Source: a virus (taxonomy: Duplodnaviria; Caudoviricetes). Taken from it: DNA of 44,352 bases. The notes below the pieces were generated by a model, which saw only the letters and a program-made list of their open reading frames with translations, had not been told where the DNA came from and did no database searches. A program made the translations under genes and the position numbers. Of this stretch, positions 38,890 through 44,352 are shown piece after piece (the stretch's first letter is position 1; each line of letters begins with the position of its first letter). Where the stretch lies: IMG/VR virus record IMGVR_UViG_3300025133_005691, positions 1 to 44,352 of that record, one strand, 5' to 3'.

Positions 38890-38932
38890 TCAGCTCCTAA
38901 CAGAGAGTTAAAACAAACCAACACAGGTATAC

Positions 38933-39340
38933 TCAACACCAATCCCAATAGAACTTACTCCAACCCTTAACACCAGTACAGTTCATGTAAGCACTGGTCA
39001 GGTTCTCTGGTCCTACATCACAACTCATCAACCAGCCTTGCATCTCCTCCATGTATTCATGAGGACACCTGAACAGCATCTTCCTGAGGTTACGTCTCAG
39101 TGCCTTCTCTGAGGCAGGTCGTCTACGTACAGCACTCCTCACCAGCCACGTCCTGATAAGACGCCTCACCACTGGAGGCAGGTTATTCCAATGATGCTGC
39201 TTCCACTCCTGAGGCGTCTTGCCTGTATCCTCCAGCACCCTCTCATCGTTGGTCAAGGCACGTCGCCTCTTCCTCTCAGCCTCATCAAAGGCTACCCGAT
39301 TGTCCATTGCTTCAGTCGTGCTCATCATCTGGTCAGTCAT
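38933..39340 (-). CDS. Hypothetical protein
   Basis: GGAG RBS, 135 aa. Confidence 0.75.
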   Translation of the reverse strand: MTDQMMSTTEAMDNRVAFDEAERKRRRALTNDERVLEDTGKTPQEWKQHHWNNLPPVVRRLIRTWLVRSAVRRRPASEKALRRNLRKMLFRCPHEYMEEMQGWLMSCDVGPENLTSAYMNCTGVKGWSKFYWDWC

Positions 39341-39385
39341 AGTCTCTCTCCAGTGAAAGGGATAGGGGGCAAAGGGTATACCCCT

Positions 39386-39414
39386 TTTCTACCCACCTGT
39401 GGGGAATAAGTCAA
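39386..39414 (-). promoter_or_regulatory. Possible sigma70 promoter with palindromic spacer
   Basis: TTGACT-N17-TAGAAA; spacer contains CCCAC-AG-GTGGG. Confidence 0.45.
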
Positions 39415-39419
39415 TCGAT

Positions 39420-39674
39420 CTATTTATCAAATTCAGTACACAACCTATGAACACAACCTACTATAGCAAATGAAGCACCTCTATCAACACTACCATGTCC
39501 TGTTATGAGGTCTTGGTCGATGTAAGTAACCTCCTGCATATTACAGTCGCCACACTTAACTATCAACTTAATACCAAATGGTTCTTTATGGAACTCTACA
39601 CTTGTGACATTGGAGTTCACCATAGCACTCAGTATCGTATCTACCAAAGTACTCTCTACAGGTATTTCTATCAT
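39420..39674 (-). CDS. Hypothetical protein with CxxC
   Basis: Start moved to ATG 39674, downstream of the 39733-39761 promoter; AT-rich. Confidence 0.55.
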   Translation of the reverse strand: MIEIPVESTLVDTILSAMVNSNVTSVEFHKEPFGIKLIVKCGDCNMQEVTYIDQDLITGHGSVDRGASFAIVGCVHRLCTEFDK

Positions 39675-39732
39675 TGAAACAACTTTCTCTACAGGAGGAG
39701 GGGCCGGGCCGCAGCAAATTACTGCGATACCC

Positions 39733-39761
39733 ATCGTAAATTTTCCCATTCGCACTGTCAA
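39733..39761 (-). promoter_or_regulatory. Sigma70-type promoter with upstream A-tract
   Basis: TTGACA-N17-TACGAT; A9 tract upstream on the minus strand. Confidence 0.75.
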
Positions 39762-39827
39762 GGGGTCTAATTTTTTTTTGAAAAGGAATGAGTCCTTTCC
39801 TTTCCTTTCCCCCCCCAACTTTTTCAG

Positions 39828-39983
39828 CCTAGGGGCAATTTTTTATTCACCCTAGGGGTGACCTCACCCTACGTACCTAGGGGCAATTTTTACATCACCC
39901 TAGGTGTGTAGGGGGACCATCACCCTAGGGGCGTAAGGTCAATTAAAACCTCACCCTAGGGTATTGTCAGAAATCACCCTAAC
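39828..39983. repeat. Phased CCTAGG/TCACCCTA repeat array (iteron/operator-like)
   Basis: CCTAGG at 39828, 39851, 39876, 39899, 39924, 39955; two near-identical CCTAGGGGCAATTTTT...TCACCCTAGG units 48 bp apart. Confidence 0.85.
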
Positions 39984-40348
39984 ATTCTGGTTGTCAAAGA
40001 TCGGTCGGTGCGTACCGTCCACCTCTAAGGGTAGGGTATCCCCACCCCCTAGCGGCGTGCTCTCAGTTCCCTCTCAGCGAACCAGAACGGTTGCCTATTG
40101 AAACTGAATCTCAATTTGTTGCCTCTCAAGACTCTCAGACTCCCTATAATAGGTAATCTACTGAGAGTCCACCAGATCGTCTGTAAGGGCCTCAAATCCA
40201 AAACAGGTAGTTTACCCTGTCTGGAAAAGCAAGCCCTTACAATCGATCCTGAGAGGTCTGACGATATGCTGGATTCAGACTATAAGGACTCCCTGTCAGC
40301 TTGTACCGATCAATCTGAGAGATTGAACACTATGTCCAACTGCCAACG

Positions 40349-40419
40349 AAAAAGCCCCCAGGCAACCGAGAGTCAACCTGAGGGCGTAAAGAAACCCCCT
40401 GGACATAATCCAGGGGGTA
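40349..40419 (-). terminator. Tandem minus-strand terminators
   Basis: ACCCCCTGGA-CATAA-TCCAGGGGGT and GCCCCCAGG...CCTGAGGGC hairpins, each with an A-run on the + strand left side. Confidence 0.7.
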
Positions 40420-40447
40420 TCAATCAAACTGAATTGTTAGCCAACCC

Positions 40448-42007
40448 TCACGCACATGGTGCCAAATCCATTCTTTCCCGGTTGGTTCTCAGCTCACAAC
40501 AATTGATTGCTTTAAGAAATAGACTATCAGCAACCCAGTCAGCATTCTTCCACAGCCTCAGAAGATGGCGAGCATCGATCCTGGTGTCTGTCCAATTCCG
40601 AGAGGGGAGATGGACTCCTATTCGCTCGCAAAATTCCAGAGTCCCTGGAAGACAATTATGTGCAGCTTTGGAGTCCAACATCGAGAGTTCACCAGCTACT
40701 CTCAGTTTGCGGGCATACTTGGCAATTTCTCTGCGTTGCATCCGTTTTCTGTCCTCAATGCTGGCATTATATCTCGCCTGGTATTCCCTCCTCTCAATAG
40801 CCTGGTGGACTCTCCCTCTCATAACTTCTTGGACGTGACTGAGGACATCTCCAGTGATTGAATCGTCCTTGCAAGGGTGGTTGTGAGTATGATACCAGGT
40901 AACCTGTGAGGCGATCTCCTGCACTACTTCGCTGGCAGGACGACCTAAGAACCAAGCGTAGGAATCAGTAAGATCGTCTCCAGCTAAACAGCGAACTCGG
41001 AACAGCTCCACACTCACATTATCGATGTTAACTGAGCCTACCAGTTCAGGACGATCTACTATCCAGGACTCAGTACCGATTTTTGATGTCTGGTGAGTAG
41101 AGGCAAACTGGCGACACAACCGGGCATAAGCTGCACAACGGTTATTAGTCTTTCGGAGCTGTTTAACGTCTGCCAAGTCTAGACCATTGCAACCGATAAT
41201 CGACCGAACAGCCTGGGGAAATCTTCTAACGAGTTGTTGCTGATGTTCTGGCTTCAAACTCCAGAGTGGTCGATGTCCTCTACTGGTTGTTTTGCTCGCT
41301 AAAACGTCCTGAGGTTGACTCCAGGGAACTGTATACCCTCTCCGGGATGCTACATGCTGTTCCCCTAGTTTCTGAGATACCCTGCCGATACCCGTTATCC
41401 TCTTTGCTGGATAAGCCAGTTTGAGTAGTGGCTTAAACCTCTCCAGAGTCCGACAATTGATCCGAGACAAACAAGCTCCACACAATCCTTCAAACGATTC
41501 ATGTCTATCGACGCAACCATCCCAGGCCTCAACACGTTTGTTGACTAGTTGAAGAATCGATTGAATCTCTACCTCTTGCCTGGTTCTAGGCTGAGATTGA
41601 CATGCCGTATCAATAACAGCATGGAGAGAACGGGCATACTCCCTGAGAATCACATAATCGGAATTGTAGAGGTCAACAGCTTTTGCCAGTTTGACGATTG
41701 CAGCTTGTTGCTCTTGGTTTGGCTTATCTAATTGCCTGGCAGCGAAACAACCGCCCTGAGAAGCTCCCCCCCAGCCAGAACCATATGTTGACCTATACCC
41801 TTTAACATGTCTTGATACCCGATCGATCTCCTGAGCAATCCTGGTCGACTCTGAGGACATCTCAGCTTGTCGTCTTTCCATTCCTTGCAGCAACTCTCCA
41901 ACCGTACACAACAGAGCAAGAGTCCAATACAACCTTTGATGCTGGTTCGCTGATCTTTCAATCTGGCGAGTGATAGACTCAAGACGTTTTTGTAGTTTAC
42001 TTCTCAC
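40448..42007 (-). CDS. Hypothetical protein (about 519 aa)
   Basis: Long ORF; GTG 42007 preceded by AGGAG; C-terminal DS..AHNC..GT..F segment. Confidence 0.75.
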   Translation of the reverse strand: MRSKLQKRLESITRQIERSANQHQRLYWTLALLCTVGELLQGMERRQAEMSSESTRIAQEIDRVSRHVKGYRSTYGSGWGGASQGGCFAARQLDKPNQEQQAAIVKLAKAVDLYNSDYVILREYARSLHAVIDTACQSQPRTRQEVEIQSILQLVNKRVEAWDGCVDRHESFEGLCGACLSRINCRTLERFKPLLKLAYPAKRITGIGRVSQKLGEQHVASRRGYTVPWSQPQDVLASKTTSRGHRPLWSLKPEHQQQLVRRFPQAVRSIIGCNGLDLADVKQLRKTNNRCAAYARLCRQFASTHQTSKIGTESWIVDRPELVGSVNIDNVSVELFRVRCLAGDDLTDSYAWFLGRPASEVVQEIASQVTWYHTHNHPCKDDSITGDVLSHVQEVMRGRVHQAIERREYQARYNASIEDRKRMQRREIAKYARKLRVAGELSMLDSKAAHNCLPGTLEFCERIGVHLPSRNWTDTRIDARHLLRLWKNADWVADSLFLKAINCCELRTNRERMDLAPCA

Positions 42008-42053
42008 GATATTGACTCCTAATTGAAACAAGATACTAAGGGTAGCAAACAAA

Positions 42054-42179
42054 CTACCCCAAGAACGAACAGCGAACAACATCCAAAACAATGGTGAAGA
42101 TTCCACAGAGGACATAGGCGACCGAACCACCTACCCCCAAAGCAATCGCACAAAACAGCTTGTCCAGTAACTCAGACAT
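42054..42179 (-). CDS. Possible small membrane peptide (41 aa)
   Basis: MSELLDKLFCAIALGVGGSVAYVLCGIFTIVLDVVRCSFLG fills the gap; weak RBS. Confidence 0.35.
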   Translation of the reverse strand: MSELLDKLFCAIALGVGGSVAYVLCGIFTIVLDVVRCSFLG

Positions 42180-42203
42180 ATTCGACCCAGACCATAGAAG
42201 GTT

Positions 42204-42233
42204 AAAAAGAATCCCCCAGGAACAACCTGGGGG
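42204..42233 (-). terminator. Intrinsic terminator
   Basis: CCCCCAGG-AACAA-CCTGGGGG with a T-run on the minus strand. Confidence 0.75.
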
Positions 42234-42247
42234 AACTGATAGGCAAC

Positions 42248-43018
42248 CTAACGGGTCAAAGTCAAAGTCCTCAACCGATAGAAGGAATCACGACAACGGG
42301 CAAACTCACCTGTTGCTCGGTCATAATCTCCTACCGTTGCTGCGGACTCGCAACGCAAACCAGCAGACTCCAAGATATCTAATTCCATCCCGATGATGTC
42401 CTTCAGCGAACGGACTAACGTTTCCGCTTCCGCCCTAACGTCTTCAATCGTCAGAGGTGCCCCGTTAACCTTAAACGCCTCAGACTCTGCTGTTGGGGTC
42501 AATAAACGAACGTCACCAGAATCGTCCAACCGAATAGCGTCCGCTGGGGGAATCTCGCTACCGTCTTCCATCACTAGTTCAAAATCGTCCAATTCAATGT
42601 CTGAAGGATCAAAGTACTCAGCAACCTCAGAAGCCCCCACCGTACAACCAAGAGCATAAATCTCGCCTTGCATCTCAGATTGCTTAGTCTTCAATTTGGA
42701 AACCTCAGAAGCAGCATTCCCAACAGCAGCAGCGATACGCCTGGTAACCTCAGAACATGCTTCGCTGAATTCATCTTCAAGGTGATTCAGTCTTGAAGCA
42801 TGATTCAGCGAAACGGATTCCAAAGACTTCAGACGCAAACTGCCATCTTCCAGGAATGAATCTACTGAGGCAATCTCACCCCAAACTGAGGTGATCTGAC
42901 GATTGATATCCCTGCGGACTCTGGTGATATAACCAATCACCAGGATCAATCCTGTAAACGAACCAACGAAAACGGCAAGCAACTCTCGGACAGTAACTAC
43001 AGCATCAAAACCGGACAT
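42248..43018 (-). CDS. Hypothetical protein with N-terminal TM helix and coiled coil
   Basis: ATG 43018 after AGGAG; LLAVFVGSFTGLILVIGYI. Confidence 0.75.
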   Translation of the reverse strand: MSGFDAVVTVRELLAVFVGSFTGLILVIGYITRVRRDINRQITSVWGEIASVDSFLEDGSLRLKSLESVSLNHASRLNHLEDEFSEACSEVTRRIAAAVGNAASEVSKLKTKQSEMQGEIYALGCTVGASEVAEYFDPSDIELDDFELVMEDGSEIPPADAIRLDDSGDVRLLTPTAESEAFKVNGAPLTIEDVRAEAETLVRSLKDIIGMELDILESAGLRCESAATVGDYDRATGEFARCRDSFYRLRTLTLTR

Positions 43019-43080
43019 AGCAAACACTCCTAATTGAAACAAACTACCTAAGGTGATAACATAACCACCCTTAAAACTCT

Positions 43081-43518
43081 CTACAGTCCCAATGCCCAAA
43101 CGGGTTGAGATTCAATCCAATTCCCTATTCTCTTTTTGGTCGTCGAAGCCAAAACCAGGCAAAGCGTATCACCTCTTTGCACAACCAGATTGATCCGAGC
43201 CAAATCTTGATACTCAGCTCCCGGATGCTCGCAATCCATGATTGACCAACCAGGCGGTTGTCCTACATACAATCGCCACAGTGGCCCGAGAATCGGCTCC
43301 TCCTGTATATCGACTAGACCTCCCTTTCTTATGGCAATCTCTCCTGCGGACAATGGCCGAAAGCAACAATGAATCGGCATCTTATCCGTATACCTTGTTT
43401 CTCCAGGTCCAAAGCAGGATGCCGGTATGTCTCGGGGCATCCTCTTTGACTGAATCAATTGCAACCGATTCTTTTCTTTTTCCTCTGCTGTCATATGTTT
43501 CCCTTTCGGACTGTTCAT
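43081..43518 (-). CDS. Hypothetical protein
   Basis: ATG 43518 after GAGGT RBS. Confidence 0.6.
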   Translation of the reverse strand: MNSPKGKHMTAEEKEKNRLQLIQSKRMPRDIPASCFGPGETRYTDKMPIHCCFRPLSAGEIAIRKGGLVDIQEEPILGPLWRLYVGQPPGWSIMDCEHPGAEYQDLARINLVVQRGDTLCLVLASTTKKRIGNWIESQPVWALGL

Positions 43519-43699
43519 TCTCACAACCTCAATAAAACCAGAAACCAGGCCCCCTACACTGGGGACCAAACAAAACCGTTTTTGAGCTTAGTTTCGACGA
43601 TGGAGCGACCTACCACCACCTCCAGTCCGGCCTATTCCAGGAATAAGCTGAAAATATCGATTTGTCCTCAGTCTGAAGACAATCCAGGGATTCTGGTGT

Positions 43700-44352
43700 A
43701 GTCAAACACGCACCTATGATGCCGGACGATAGAAACTACCCTTCTGAGAAACCAGGCCCGTAGAATCGATCCTGTGGACTCTCAGAGCATCCCTAGGGGT
43801 AAGGGTATATAAAGGGGTCTCATATAGGGTAGGAATCAACCTGATCTACCCTGTGTCTGAATGAATACCCTTTCTGCTGTACCCCCCACTATAGGCCACC
43901 CTAATAGGGTACTCTCCCTATAGTACCACTGTATACGCCTACCCTATATTGACGGCCTGTCTGTATAGGGTGGACGCTAGACCACCTATGCTGAGAGGTT
44001 GCCTATCACCCTGGAATGAGGTCGGTCGTCTCTTAGCATCCATCGTGCCAATCAGGACCATTCCCCAACATTGATCACCACCAGAGGACAGGGGACCAGG
44101 GAGGTACACCAGGGGCATGATGGTTTGACCTACCCTCCTAGGGTATCCTCAGCGACCACCCCCTGGGGTGAACTATCAATACCCCCTCGATTGCCAGCAA
44201 CCTACCAGCCGATCAGTCCCGGATTATAGGTCCACCCTAGGTGGTAGTGAATTGACCACCACACCCTGGGGGTAGGGAATACCCTCCCCCTAGGTACTAC
44301 CTCACCCTAAGCCCCTAGGGGGGGCGAGCCCTTACGGGGGCACGGGCCGTAC
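43700..44352. other. Non-coding CCTAGG-rich region, probable genome end/packaging or control region
   Basis: No ORF in the track; CCTAGG at 43792, 44137, 44236, 44289, 44314; many G/C runs and short palindromes. Confidence 0.5.

Noticed and set aside
39828-39983. CRISPR array
   Set aside because: Repeats are too short, spacers are too short and partly repeated, and there is no cas operon; the PD-(D/E)XK gene sits in a recombination module
38422-40838. Plus-strand ORFs 38422-38970 and 40098-40838 and other antisense ORFs in the track
   Set aside because: They cross terminators or shadow better-supported opposite-strand genes and have no RBS or motif support
1-44352. tRNA genes (including tRNA-Sec), integrase or repressor
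   Set aside because: No cloverleaf or recombinase/HTH motifs recognised by eye; tRNAscan-SE and HMM searches would be needed to be certain

Overview
The window is most of a tailed dsDNA phage genome (siphovirus-like, HK97-type head). It is truncated inside a gene at the left and ends in a GC-rich, repeat-dense non-coding stretch at the right. Plus-strand order: a compositionally foreign six-LamG-domain adhesin gene, terminase large subunit, portal, ClpP-type protease, major capsid, head-tail and tail genes with a -1 frameshift chaperone, short tape measure, Cys-rich tail protein, multi-domain glycosyltransferase, holin-like gene, a replication/recombination module (UvrD-like helicase, ParB-like protein, resolvase, exonuclease, Sak4-like ATPase, SSB-like protein, PolA, primase, AAA helicase), HNH, lipase and an exported trypsin-like protease. 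A convergent block of minus-strand hypothetical genes follows. I saw no integrase, repressor, tRNA, CRISPR array or classical endolysin. A Planctomycetota-like host is my inference from gene content and is not established. The top finding is a candidate phage-encoded selenoprotein: the protease gene (36397-37776) has a single in-frame TGA at codon 40 in a C-x5-U context, followed immediately by a bacterial SECIS-like hairpin. Other signals are a PolA with steric-gate region substitutions (E710Q/Y766F equivalents), an AT-rich PAPS-reductase-like moron between 33-bp direct repeats, a mirror-image codon skew in every LamG domain, apparent GCGC avoidance, and phased CCTAGG arrays whose motif recurs in the capsid promoter. 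All calls come from reading the sequence and recognising motifs; no searches were run.
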